A stretch of 45,623 nucleotides of DNA from Chitinophagaceae bacterium (GCA_036260755.1 DATAMD010000357.1:1-45623), one strand, 5' to 3'. Positions 1 to 8,909 are shown, counted from the first letter of the stretch. Notes: generated by a model not told the origin, from the sequence alone. Numbers and translations: made by a program.

Positions 1-390
1 GATCAGCAGCAGGAACCCAAAACATTAAAGAACATTAAAGTATTTCCTGCAACAGCAACTTTTAAAGAAGTAGATAAGGCGATGGATGGTTTTAAAGTTG
101 CTTTAGGTGTTCATTGCGATTATTGCCATGCACATTCAAAAGAAAATCCGAGAAAGATGGATATGCCAAGTGATGAAAATCACAAAAAAGATATTGCCCG
201 TGATATGATGCGAATGACTGAAGAAATGAATAAAAAATTTATCAGCCAGATACCGCATGACGATACCGCAAAAGTGCAAATGATAACTTGTAATACTTGC
301 CATCGCGGCGCACCAAAACCCTTTGGCCAACCGCCGGTATATCCAAAATGGCCGGGAAACCCGCCACCGCCTCCTCCACATGAAAAATAA
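1..390 (+). CDS. c-type cytochrome (photosynthetic-reaction-centre cytochrome c subunit-like), 5'-partial
   Basis: Frame 1 is open from nt 1, so the ORF-track Met at 82 is internal. Two CxxCH haem motifs (CDYCH, CNTCH). Pro-rich tail GNPPPPPPHEK. TAA stop at 388-390. Confidence 0.7.
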   Translation, partial: DQQQEPKTLKNIKVFPATATFKEVDKAMDGFKVALGVHCDYCHAHSKENPRKMDMPSDENHKKDIARDMMRMTEEMNKKFISQIPHDDTAKVQMITCNTCHRGAPKPFGQPPVYPKWPGNPPPPPPHEK

Positions 391-415
391 TTAATTAGAT
401 CAAATTTTTTTTTTG

Positions 416-480
416 AGGTTGAATAATTTAGTTTGCATTTGCTTGTAACCGGCATTTGAAAACTTTTATTCAACCTTTTT
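416..480 (+). terminator. long stem-loop plus T-run downstream of the cytochrome gene
   Basis: AGGTTGAATAA (416-426) pairs with TTATTCAACCT (466-476), extended by AGTTT/AAACT, then TTTTT. The loop carries a solo GTAACCGGC box (445-453). Confidence 0.4.
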
Positions 481-623
481 TATATGGCCATAGACAGAAT
501 ATTGTTTTAAACTGCTGTTTCGCAAACGTTTAATATACTGATTAAAGGCTGTAAAAAAATTTAAAACTAATCATCATTGAGCGCTTGCAAAAAAACGATA
601 TACTTGAATTTATTTTTTATCGG

Positions 624-658
624 CAGAATTAATGTGTTCGAAATACACATTAATTCTG
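624..658. promoter_or_regulatory. perfect 14-bp inverted repeat (hairpin or operator) just upstream of malQ
   Basis: CAGAATTAATGTGT (624-637), 7 nt, ACACATTAATTCTG (645-658), no mismatch. It lies 28 nt before the malQ ORF start. Confidence 0.4.
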
Positions 659-686
659 TATTTTAGCATTCTTAAAAATTTGTCAA

Positions 687-3554
687 TTGGCTAACGATAA
701 ACTTGCTGCTAAAGATTTGCAGAATAAACCCCTGTCTGCACGTCAGCCTTCAAAGAAAAAAACAGGCATTTCTGTAAAAGAAATAAAAATAAATGCAAGT
801 TCTGATGATCAGTCAAAAGCGAATAATAATAAATTAAATACGAATAACGTGGCCCTTAAAATTACATTTCAGCTCAAGTACAGAACGCAATATGGTCAGA
901 ATTTATACATTACCGGTAATCATCCGTTATTGGGAAATGGAGATACAAATAAAGCCTTGCCGCTACGATATTTGAATGAAGAATTATGGAGCATATCGAT
1001 TGAAATTGATAAAACAGTTAATTACGCCATCAACTACAATTATATTTTGCAAAATGCCGATGGTACTTTCAGTTACGATTGGGGCAGCGATAAAACATTT
1101 AATCCTTCAACAACCTGTGCCGATGAAATATTAATGCTCGATTCATGGAATTATGCAGGTTACTACGAAAATGCTTTTTATTCTGAAGCTTTTAAGAATG
1201 TTTTACTCAAGTCCGGTTACACAAAAGCAAAAATTGCCGAACCCGAAACGTTCACTCATATTTTTAAAATAAAAGCACCGTTACTTACCAAAGGGCAAAC
1301 TGTTTTTATTTCGGGAAATGCAAATGCCTTGAACGATTGGAATAAAGAAAAAATTATTTTGATGAGCCGCGCTGAAGGCGATGATTTTTATGAAGTGAAA
1401 TTAAACCTCGGCAACGAAATGTTTCCCATTGCTTACAAATACGGCGTGTACGATATTCAAAAGAAAAAAATTGTTCGTTACGAAGATGGAAATAACAGAT
1501 TGCTGTATAATTTTCTTACCGGAAATAAAATAACTGTGTTGAACGATGGCTTTGCCTTTTTGCCAAATAACACATGGAAAGGCACCGGCGTTGCTATTCC
1601 TGTTTTTAGTTTACGCTCTGAAAAAAGTTTTGGCGTTGGCGAATTTTCGGATCTGAAATTATTGGTTGATTGGGCAAAACAAACCGGATTAAAATTAATT
1701 CAGATATTGCCCATCAACGATACTACGGCTACCCATACATGGCAAGACTCTTATCCGTATGCCGCCATATCTGCATTTGCATTGCATCCTATTTATCTCG
1801 ATCTGAGCAAAATGGTGAGTGATGAAAATAAAATTTTATTAGAAGATTTGGAAGATGACAGAATAAGATTAAATATTCTGGATGCTATCGATTACGAAAC
1901 GGTATTAAATACCAAAATAAAATTCATCAAACAAATTTATCCTTCACAAAAAGATAAAACTTTTGCTTCATCATCGTATAAAAAATATTTCGAAACAAAT
2001 AAACATTGGTTAATACCTTATGCAGTTTTTTGTTATTTGAGAGATCAAAACGGCACATCCGATTTTAATCAATGGAAAGCTTACAAAAATTATAAGGCCG
2101 AAGATATTGCCGAACTGACTTCCGAAAAATCTGAAGTGTACAACGATATAGCCATTAACTATTTTATGCAATATCATCTGCATTTGCAATTAAAAGAAGC
2201 AAACGAATATGCACATCAAAACGGTATTGTTTTAAAAGGCGATATTGCCATTGGTATTTATCGTTACGGCGCCGATGCATGGCAACAAACAGATTTGTTT
2301 AACATGAACGTGCAGGCCGGTGCGCCGCCTGATGATTTTGCCGTGAAAGGCCAGAACTGGGGCTTTCCCACATACAACTGGCATCGCATGCGTGAAGATG
2401 GTTTTGCCTGGTGGAAAAGCCGCTTCGAACAAATGAATTATTATTTCGATGCATTCCGCATCGATCATATTTTAGGTTTCTTCCGCATCTGGAGTATTCC
2501 AATGCACGCTGTTGAAGGAATCATGGGGCATTTTGTTCCGGCCATTCCTGTGCACCTCAACGAATTTAACAGCCGCGGTATCTGGTTCGATTATAACCGT
2601 TATACCAAACCATTTATAAACGATAATGTTTTATGGGAAATATTCGGATACGATCAGGAGTATGTAAAAAATAATTTTCTTAATGGTGATGGCTTTGGCA
2701 ATTATGCGTTGAAACCGGAGTTTGCAACGCAGCGCCAGGTAGAAGAATATATTGCCGGATGGGATAAAAACGATTTTGCAAATAAAATAAAACTGGGTTT
2801 ATTCGATTTGATAAGCAATGTTATTTTGTTTGAAGCCGAAGGATTGAACGGGCAACAATATCATTTTCGTTTTGCAATGAACAGCACATCATCGTTTAAA
2901 AATTTAGATGGCAATACGCAGGATCAATTGAATGAATTATATGTAAATTATTTCTTCCGCCGTCAGGATGATTTTTGGATGAAAGAGGCTTTGCAAAAAT
3001 TACCCGCGTTAAAACGTGTAACAAATATGCTGGTTTGCGGCGAAGATCTGGGATTGGTTCCGTCATGTGTGCCCGATGTGATGCGGCAATTGGGGTTATT
3101 AAGTTTAGAAATTCAACGCATGCCTAAGGATCCAAAGAAAGAATTTTTTCATCCCGATGATGCACCTTACCTGAGTGTGATCACACCATCAACTCACGAC
3201 ATGAGTACCATTCGCGGATGGTGGGAAGAAGATAAAATACGCATTCAAAAATTTTATAATCACGAATTGGGACAGTGGGGTGAAGCGCCATATTATTGTG
3301 AAGCATGGATTAATAAAGCCATTGTTGTGCAGCATCTGAATTCGCCAGCCATGTGGAGCATTTTTCAGTTGCAGGATATTTTAGGAACGAATGAAATGCT
3401 GCGCAGAAATAATCCTGATGAGGAGCGTATCAATGTTCCCTCTAATCCAAAACATTTTTGGCGGTACAGGATGCACCTTACTTTAGAAAATTTGTTGCAG
3501 CAAAAAACATTTAATGATGAATTTGCCGGTTATATAAAAACAAGCGGCAGGTAA
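687..3554 (+). CDS. malQ: 4-alpha-glucanotransferase (GH77 amylomaltase) with two N-terminal CBM20-like modules (DPE2-like architecture)
   Basis: 955-codon ORF. CBM20-like segments LKITFQLKYRTQYGQNLYITGN and FKIKAPLLTKGQTVFISGNANALNDWN. GH77 motifs FRIDHILGFFRIW, CGEDLGLVP, PSTHDM. The ORF-track start is TTG 687; in-frame GTG 849, just before the first CBM20, is an alternative. Confidence 0.9.
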   Translation: MANDKLAAKDLQNKPLSARQPSKKKTGISVKEIKINASSDDQSKANNNKLNTNNVALKITFQLKYRTQYGQNLYITGNHPLLGNGDTNKALPLRYLNEELWSISIEIDKTVNYAINYNYILQNADGTFSYDWGSDKTFNPSTTCADEILMLDSWNYAGYYENAFYSEAFKNVLLKSGYTKAKIAEPETFTHIFKIKAPLLTKGQTVFISGNANALNDWNKEKIILMSRAEGDDFYEVKLNLGNEMFPIAYKYGVYDIQKKKIVRYEDGNNRLLYNFLTGNKITVLNDGFAFLPNNTWKGTGVAIPVFSLRSEKSFGVGEFSDLKLLVDWAKQTGLKLIQILPINDTTATHTWQDSYPYAAISAFALHPIYLDLSKMVSDENKILLEDLEDDRIRLNILDAIDYETVLNTKIKFIKQIYPSQKDKTFASSSYKKYFETNKHWLIPYAVFCYLRDQNGTSDFNQWKAYKNYKAEDIAELTSEKSEVYNDIAINYFMQYHLHLQLKEANEYAHQNGIVLKGDIAIGIYRYGADAWQQTDLFNMNVQAGAPPDDFAVKGQNWGFPTYNWHRMREDGFAWWKSRFEQMNYYFDAFRIDHILGFFRIWSIPMHAVEGIMGHFVPAIPVHLNEFNSRGIWFDYNRYTKPFINDNVLWEIFGYDQEYVKNNFLNGDGFGNYALKPEFATQRQVEEYIAGWDKNDFANKIKLGLFDLISNVILFEAEGLNGQQYHFRFAMNSTSSFKNLDGNTQDQLNELYVNYFFRRQDDFWMKEALQKLPALKRVTNMLVCGEDLGLVPSCVPDVMRQLGLLSLEIQRMPKDPKKEFFHPDDAPYLSVITPSTHDMSTIRGWWEEDKIRIQKFYNHELGQWGEAPYYCEAWINKAIVVQHLNSPAMWSIFQLQDILGTNEMLRRNNPDEERINVPSNPKHFWRYRMHLTLENLLQQKTFNDEFAGYIKTSGR

Positions 3555-3600
3555 AAATAATGATTGAATGATAGAGTGAATGAATGACAGAATTAAAAAA

Positions 3601-3636
3601 GGCTGATTACATAATTTGTAATTGGCTTTTATTTTT
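3601..3636 (+). terminator. putative intrinsic terminator after malQ
   Basis: GGCTGATTAC (3601-3610) pairs with GTAATTGGCT (3618-3627): 10 bp, three of them G-U. Followed by TTTTATTTTT. Confidence 0.4.
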
Positions 3637-3645
3637 AAGTACTGC

Positions 3646-3653
3646 TATCTTTG
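3646..3653 (+). promoter_or_regulatory. Bacteroidetes-type -7 promoter box (TAnnTTTG)
   Basis: TATCTTTG is an exact match to TAnnTTTG, 45 nt upstream of ATG 3699. The ORF-track TTG start at 3651 sits inside this box. Confidence 0.35.
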
Positions 3654-3698
3654 AAAAAATATTTTTCTCAGCATAAAAATATCTCACCGAATATTTAT

Positions 3699-4724
3699 AT
3701 GAAGATTCATTACAAAAAACACGAACTGCCTTTCCAATATCCATTTACCATTTCTAACGGAAGAACAAAAACACATCAACCCACGCTCATCGTTTCGCTG
3801 CAACTCGGCAACTGCATTGGTTTTGGCGAAGCACCGGCCATTACTTATTATAATATTACTGTAGAAGAAATGATTGCTGATATTGAATCTAAAAAAACTT
3901 ATTTAGAAAAATTTGCTTTCACCGATCCCGAACGTTACTGGCATTATGTGCATCATTTATTTCCAAACAATCCATTTTTGGTTTGTGCACTGGATATAGC
4001 CGGATGGGATTTATTTGGAAAGATGGACAACAAATTATTGTACGAATTATGGCAAACAAAATGGGAAAACACAGCTTCAACCGATTATACCATTGGCATT
4101 GATACCATCGAAAAAATGGTTGCTAAAATGAAAGCAAAACCATGGCCTATCTATAAAATTAAATTAGGAACCGATGAAGATATTGCCATTGTAAAAGCAT
4201 TGCGAAAACATACAGATGCAGTTTTTAGAATTGACGCAAATGCAGGATGGACGCTGGATGAAGCCGTTGTTAAAATTGCACAGTTAAAAGAATTGGGTGT
4301 TGAATATATAGAGCAGCCTTTGGCAAAAGATAACTGGGCTGATATGAAAATATTATTTCAGCAATCGGCTTTGCCGTTGATTGCCGATGAAAGTTGTGTA
4401 TCGGAAAACGATGTCGAAAAATGTGTGAATCATTTTCACGGCATTAATATTAAACTTACAAAATGCAGCGGCATAACACCGGCTTTGCGCATGATTAAAA
4501 ATGCAAGGGCATTGAATTTAAAACTGATGATGGGCAGTATGAATGAGAGCAGCATTGGTTCTGCGGCCATCGCTAATTTTTTGCCGCAATTAGATTATGT
4601 TGATATGGATGGACCGTTATTGCAAACAGAAGACTTGGCAACAGGAATTGATTTTGATTTTGGTAAAGTAGAAATAAAGGGTAAAGTTGGTTTGGGGATT
4701 GAAGCAATAAAAAATATTTTTTAA
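3699..4724 (+). CDS. dipeptide epimerase (L-Ala-D/L-Glu epimerase-like, enolase superfamily)
   Basis: Enolase-superfamily MLE-subgroup landmarks YKIKLG, RIDANAGW, YIEQP, IADES, NIKLTKCSG. ATG 3699 (MKIHYKK) is preferred over TTG 3651. Confidence 0.8.
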   Translation: MKIHYKKHELPFQYPFTISNGRTKTHQPTLIVSLQLGNCIGFGEAPAITYYNITVEEMIADIESKKTYLEKFAFTDPERYWHYVHHLFPNNPFLVCALDIAGWDLFGKMDNKLLYELWQTKWENTASTDYTIGIDTIEKMVAKMKAKPWPIYKIKLGTDEDIAIVKALRKHTDAVFRIDANAGWTLDEAVVKIAQLKELGVEYIEQPLAKDNWADMKILFQQSALPLIADESCVSENDVEKCVNHFHGINIKLTKCSGITPALRMIKNARALNLKLMMGSMNESSIGSAAIANFLPQLDYVDMDGPLLQTEDLATGIDFDFGKVEIKGKVGLGIEAIKNIF

Positions 4725-4746
4725 AAAGCTGAGCAGCATTGATTAC

Positions 4747-4805
4747 GTACAAGTGTGCGACGCAACAACAGCTTCATAGAAATATTGCTGCCGGTAACAA
4801 AAAAA
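4747..4805 (+). repeat. bipartite intergenic element, copy A (Box1-N23-Box2-A-run)
   Basis: GTACAAGTGTGCGACGCAAC (4747-4766), 23 nt, GCCGGTAAC (4790-4798), AAAAAAA abutting the stop codon at 4806. Confidence 0.85.
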
Positions 4806-6554
4806 TTATCTTCTTTTCTTTTTAGAATAATTATAAAGCTTATCGGCTTTTTGAATCAATAAAATAAATTCCTGTTGCGAAATATTGTTGGCATCGGCGG
4901 CATGTTGTGCAATTAATTTTACATCTTCATAATTATATTTTACAAACTTCGATTGTTTTATTAAACTGCTGAACATGGCAACAGCAGCGGCAAAACGAAC
5001 AGGAGCAGGTGCCGTTAAAAAATCCTGCAGATTGCAGGGAGCATAAAATTTTTGCGTAATCATTTTTTCATCGCCGGGTAAATGATATTGCAGCGTAAAG
5101 TTTGCCAATGTTGCCGAAGAATCTTTCATTTCTTTATTGGGTATAATTTCAAAAATGGCTGTGGTGTTATGTCCGCTGCCAATTTCGCCGCCTTCTAATA
5201 CACTGCTGCTGTCGGCCACAGCATCTTTTTTATTTTCAAAACCAATCAATCGGTATTCTTTTACATAATCATTTGCGAAGCGAACATTTAAAAAAGCATC
5301 GTTGGCAACAGCATAAACTGTTTTGGTAAATTCGGTGACTAAAACTTTTTCGGCTTCATTAATATTATCCAGATAAGCAAAATTGCCATTGCCTTTTTTT
5401 GCAAGCACTTCTAATTTACTGTCTTTATAATTTCCCATGCCAACGCCAATACAGGTAAGATAAATTCCGCTTTGCCGTTCAAACGAAATAAGGTCTTCCA
5501 ATTCTTTTTCGGATGTTTGTCCAACATTAAAATCGCCATCGGTAGCCAAAATAATTCTGTTGTTGCCATTTTTAATAAACGATCTTCTGGCAATGGAATA
5601 AGCAGTACGGATAGCACCTTCGCCCGGTGTATCGCCATCGGCATACAATGAATCGATGATGTTATTTATTTTTTCTTTTTCGGCGCCGCTGGTTGAATAT
5701 AATCGTATGTTAACGCCACCGCCGTAGGTTACAATGCAGATGCTATCTTTTGCACGTAAATTTTCTACCAATAATTTAAAAGCGCTTTGTAGAAGAGGTA
5801 AACGATTGGGGCGTTCCATCGACCCCGAAACATCAATTAAAAAAACAAGATTACTGGATGGAATAGTATCTAAATTAATTTTTGGCGCCGTAAGATTAAT
5901 AAACAATAATTTACTTGCTGCATTCCACGGGCAGGAAGTTAGGATTGTGTTGCAGGTGAAATTTTTATGATTGTTATTTGTTTTATTTGTTCGCAGATCA
6001 AAATAATTAAGCATCTCTTCAATCCGCACTGCATCAACCGGAACACGCATTTGATTTACCAGAAAACGGCGGGTATTGCTGTACGATGCACGGTCGATGT
6101 TTAACGAAAAACCTGTTTCGGGATAATGGTTTGCATCAACAAAAACATTTTCTGCAAGGCTGCTGTAGCTTTCGCCAAGGCCCGAAAATAATTTGTTATC
6201 TTCTTTTGTAAGATTAATTGTTTTTGAGGCCAGTTTATTTTTCATTGTGCTTGCCAATGCAGGCAGCATCTTCATCACTATAACCTGATATTTTTCTGTT
6301 TCAACAGCTTTGCGTAATGTTTCGTAACCATCGGCCGATAAAGTGATGGTGTCTATTTGAAGAGAAGAAGCAATGCCGAATAAACCAGAGTTTCCGCTGG
6401 AGAAAGTATAATTTCTTTTTGAAGATAAATTAATTTTTATGCCCGATAATAACTGTCCCTTCTCGTTTTTTACTTCGCCCTGCAAATAATATTGGCTGTT
6501 TGCAGTAAAAAATATTTCAAGACACAAACCAATGGTAAGCAAACACGATTTCAT
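4806..6554 (-). CDS. von Willebrand factor type A domain protein (YfbK-like), secreted
   Basis: N-terminal signal peptide. CarboxypepD_reg-like segment YYLQGEVKNEKGQLLSGIKINL. vWA MIDAS motif LVFLIDVSGSM. Long C-terminal domain typical of YfbK-type proteins. Confidence 0.8.
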   Translation of the reverse strand: MKSCLLTIGLCLEIFFTANSQYYLQGEVKNEKGQLLSGIKINLSSKRNYTFSSGNSGLFGIASSLQIDTITLSADGYETLRKAVETEKYQVIVMKMLPALASTMKNKLASKTINLTKEDNKLFSGLGESYSSLAENVFVDANHYPETGFSLNIDRASYSNTRRFLVNQMRVPVDAVRIEEMLNYFDLRTNKTNNNHKNFTCNTILTSCPWNAASKLLFINLTAPKINLDTIPSSNLVFLIDVSGSMERPNRLPLLQSAFKLLVENLRAKDSICIVTYGGGVNIRLYSTSGAEKEKINNIIDSLYADGDTPGEGAIRTAYSIARRSFIKNGNNRIILATDGDFNVGQTSEKELEDLISFERQSGIYLTCIGVGMGNYKDSKLEVLAKKGNGNFAYLDNINEAEKVLVTEFTKTVYAVANDAFLNVRFANDYVKEYRLIGFENKKDAVADSSSVLEGGEIGSGHNTTAIFEIIPNKEMKDSSATLANFTLQYHLPGDEKMITQKFYAPCNLQDFLTAPAPVRFAAAVAMFSSLIKQSKFVKYNYEDVKLIAQHAADANNISQQEFILLIQKADKLYNYSKKKRR

Positions 6555-6626
6555 GTAGCATAGGGTTTCGTGTTAAATATAATAACGAAAAAAAATAAAT
6601 GCGCAGGTAAGGGCTGTAAAGTTTTC

Positions 6627-7166
6627 TTAATCTGTGTGCAACTGATATATTTCGGGTATATTTCTTCCAAAACCATCATAATCCAAACCATAGCCGATCA
6701 CAAATTTATTGGGGATAGAAAAACAGCAATAATCAATCTTTACTTCAAATTCTGTTGCTTCGGGTTTGTGTAACAACACTGCAATTTTTAAGGATAACGG
6801 TTGCTGATTAATTACCTGCGGTAAAAAATTGTGCATGGTTTTTCCGGTATCAATAATATCTTCTAAAATAATAATGTGCCGGTTGGTAATATCTGCATCG
6901 AGGCCGATGGAAGTAATAACATGCCCCGTTGATCTTGTGCCTTTGTATGAAGCTAATTTAATAAAACAAATTTCGGCTTCAATGGTGAGCGATTTAAAAA
7001 GATCGGCCGCAAACATGAAAGAACCATTGAGCACTGCAATGAACAGAGGTTTTTTTCCCGCATAATCCTTATCTAATTGCGCAGCTAATTCTTTTATTTT
7101 ATGCTCAATAGTTTCGGCAGAAATAAAAGGAACAAATTTTTTATCGAGTACCTGAATGGTTGACAT
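6627..7166 (-). CDS. hpt: hypoxanthine phosphoribosyltransferase
   Basis: 179 aa. PRPP-binding motif IIILEDIIDTGKT and C-terminal FVIGYGLDY, both typical of HGPRT. Confidence 0.9.
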   Translation of the reverse strand: MSTIQVLDKKFVPFISAETIEHKIKELAAQLDKDYAGKKPLFIAVLNGSFMFAADLFKSLTIEAEICFIKLASYKGTRSTGHVITSIGLDADITNRHIIILEDIIDTGKTMHNFLPQVINQQPLSLKIAVLLHKPEATEFEVKIDYCCFSIPNKFVIGYGLDYDGFGRNIPEIYQLHTD

Positions 7167-7182
7167 AGACCGAAATTAATAA

Positions 7183-8268
7183 TTATTTGCCTGAATTAAA
7201 AGCACTGAAATTTTTTATGACAATTGTTTTAGGAATAAACGGGGCAGGGGCACGCAGGTAAATTTTTTCGCCGGTAACCGGTTGCATGTTTGCCTGAATT
7301 TTATTGTACTGCAACACTGCATCCATGCGCACACCTTCTTTCTGGCAAATGCTGTGTAATGTTTCGCTGGCTTGGGTTACATGAAAATCAACTGCACCTC
7401 TTTTTAATTTTTTTTCTAAAAATATTAATGAGTCGGCTGGCAAAATATCTACTTCATCCATTTCATTAAATGCCAACAAATTGCTGAGCGAAATATTATA
7501 CTGATTGGCCAATGCCAGCAACGAACTTCCTTCTTTTGCCAGAATTACTTTTGAATGATTGATGGTAAAAATACCATCGGGATAAACAGATGATTTTTTT
7601 TCTTTGCTGATAACCGGAGTTGATGGCTTGGTAAATATTTCTACTTCTTCTTTTTCTGCAACAGCAACAACTTTTTTAAAAGCGTTGTTTTGGTTTGCAA
7701 CAACCGGTGATTGATTTATTTTTTCTGCAACAGCAATATTTGATTTATTGTTTTGGTTTTGCAAAGCCAGTAAAGAATATTGATTCAGGTTATAATCGTT
7801 GATGACTTTTAATAATTTCTGAGGATAATCTTTTTCGGTTGCATAGCCTGCTTTCTTTAAACCGTAGGCCCATCCTTCAAAATCTGTTGGATCTAATTTA
7901 AACAGATCGGTATAATAAGGCCTGTTCTTTAAAAAATCGGAATGATCTCTGAAAGATGCAGCAGCATCGGGATAACTGCGGAAACATTCATGCTTTGCAT
8001 CATCATCGTGATAAACTTTATCACCCATCCATTCAGGTTTGCATTTTATACCGAAATGATTATTTGATTGAAGGCATAAATCGCTTTCGCCGTATTTCGA
8101 TTCTAAGATTCCCTGTGCCAGTGTAATGGCCGCAGGTACGCCACTGCGCTGCATTTCGGCCATAGCAAGTTCTTTATATTTTGCAATATACGTGTCGCCT
8201 TTTTCTTTTTGTGCAAAAGAATTAAGTTGTAAAAAAATGATGGCAACTAAAAAAATAATCCGCTTCAT
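7183..8268 (-). CDS. peptidoglycan N-acetylglucosaminidase (GH73-like) with C-terminal LysM repeats
   Basis: Signal peptide. Glucosaminidase motif AITLAQGILESKYGESDL..NNHFGIKC. Two LysM-like segments (HSKVILAKEGSSLLALANQYNISLSNLLAFN; FHVTQASETLHSICQKEGVRMDAVLQYN). Its ATG overlaps the upstream stop (ATGA, 8265-8268). Confidence 0.8.
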   Translation of the reverse strand: MKRIIFLVAIIFLQLNSFAQKEKGDTYIAKYKELAMAEMQRSGVPAAITLAQGILESKYGESDLCLQSNNHFGIKCKPEWMGDKVYHDDDAKHECFRSYPDAAASFRDHSDFLKNRPYYTDLFKLDPTDFEGWAYGLKKAGYATEKDYPQKLLKVINDYNLNQYSLLALQNQNNKSNIAVAEKINQSPVVANQNNAFKKVVAVAEKEEVEIFTKPSTPVISKEKKSSVYPDGIFTINHSKVILAKEGSSLLALANQYNISLSNLLAFNEMDEVDILPADSLIFLEKKLKRGAVDFHVTQASETLHSICQKEGVRMDAVLQYNKIQANMQPVTGEKIYLRAPAPFIPKTIVIKNFSAFNSGK

Positions 8269-8909
8269 TCATCTCTTTTTTTAATCAATAATAAACCATC
8301 ACGCATGGTTAATAAAACCTGTTCGGTTCTTTCATCATTGGCCACATGTTCATTAAATTTTTTAATGGCAATGGCACTTTTATTTTTTATCGGTTCTTCA
8401 AAAATTTGTCCGTGAAATAAAACATTATCTGCAATAATCAATCCATTTGCATTTAAATTGGGTAATACCATTTCGTAATAATCTATATACCCTGTTTTAT
8501 CGGCATCAATAAAAACCAAATCCCATTTACGGTTTAATGTTGGAATAATTTCCAGCGCATTTCCGGTGTGCAAATGTATTTGCTTGCTGTATTTCGAATT
8601 GCTGAAATTTTTCCGAGCTGTTGCCGCATCTTCTTCTCTTAATTCCAGCGTATGTAATTCGCCGCCGGCTTTTAATCCTGCGGCCAAACACAAAGCACTG
8701 TAACCGGTAAATGTTCCTATCTCTAAAACGTAATTGGGTTGTATAATAGTACTGAGGAACGATAAAAATTTTCCCTGCACGCTGCTGCTAAGCATGTGTG
8801 CCTGCGGATGTGTTTGCAAAGTGTGTGCATGAATTTGCTGCAAAAAAACATCATCGGCAGAGGTAAACAGCGCCGCATATTTTTCTACCAGAGGGTTAAT
8901 CAATTCCAT
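8265..8909 (-). CDS. class I SAM-dependent O-methyltransferase (caffeoyl-CoA OMT / YrrM family)
   Basis: VLEIGTFTGYSALCLA SAM-binding motif and FIDADK motif. ATG at 8909 (MELINPLVEKYAA) is preferred over the upstream TTG at 8969. Confidence 0.8.
   Translation of the reverse strand: MELINPLVEKYAALFTSADDVFLQQIHAHTLQTHPQAHMLSSSVQGKFLSFLSTIIQPNYVLEIGTFTGYSALCLAAGLKAGGELHTLELREEDAATARKNFSNSKYSKQIHLHTGNALEIIPTLNRKWDLVFIDADKTGYIDYYEMVLPNLNANGLIIADNVLFHGQIFEEPIKNKSAIAIKKFNEHVANDERTEQVLLTMRDGLLLIKKRDE

Noticed and set aside
136-473. Minus-strand ORFs of 81 and 97 aa overlapping the cytochrome c gene
   Set aside because: They are antisense shadow ORFs inside a gene with clear CxxCH motifs. Their translations are low-complexity (poly-Gly/Arg from the poly-Pro codons), and neither has a plausible promoter or family resemblance.
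2232-2502. Two minus-strand ORFs (78 and 67 aa) inside malQ
   Set aside because: They lie in the most conserved GH77 region of malQ on the opposite strand, which is typical of shadow frames.
4747-4798. Box1/Box2 as -35/-10 elements of a sigma-70, ECF or sigma-54 promoter, or as integron attC or dif sites
   Set aside because: The 23-nt gap between the boxes is too long for -35/-10 spacing, and there is no GG-N10-GC. The GTTRRRY/RYYYAAC attC cores are not matched. There are far too many copies for dif. Most copies sit after gene ends rather than before starts.
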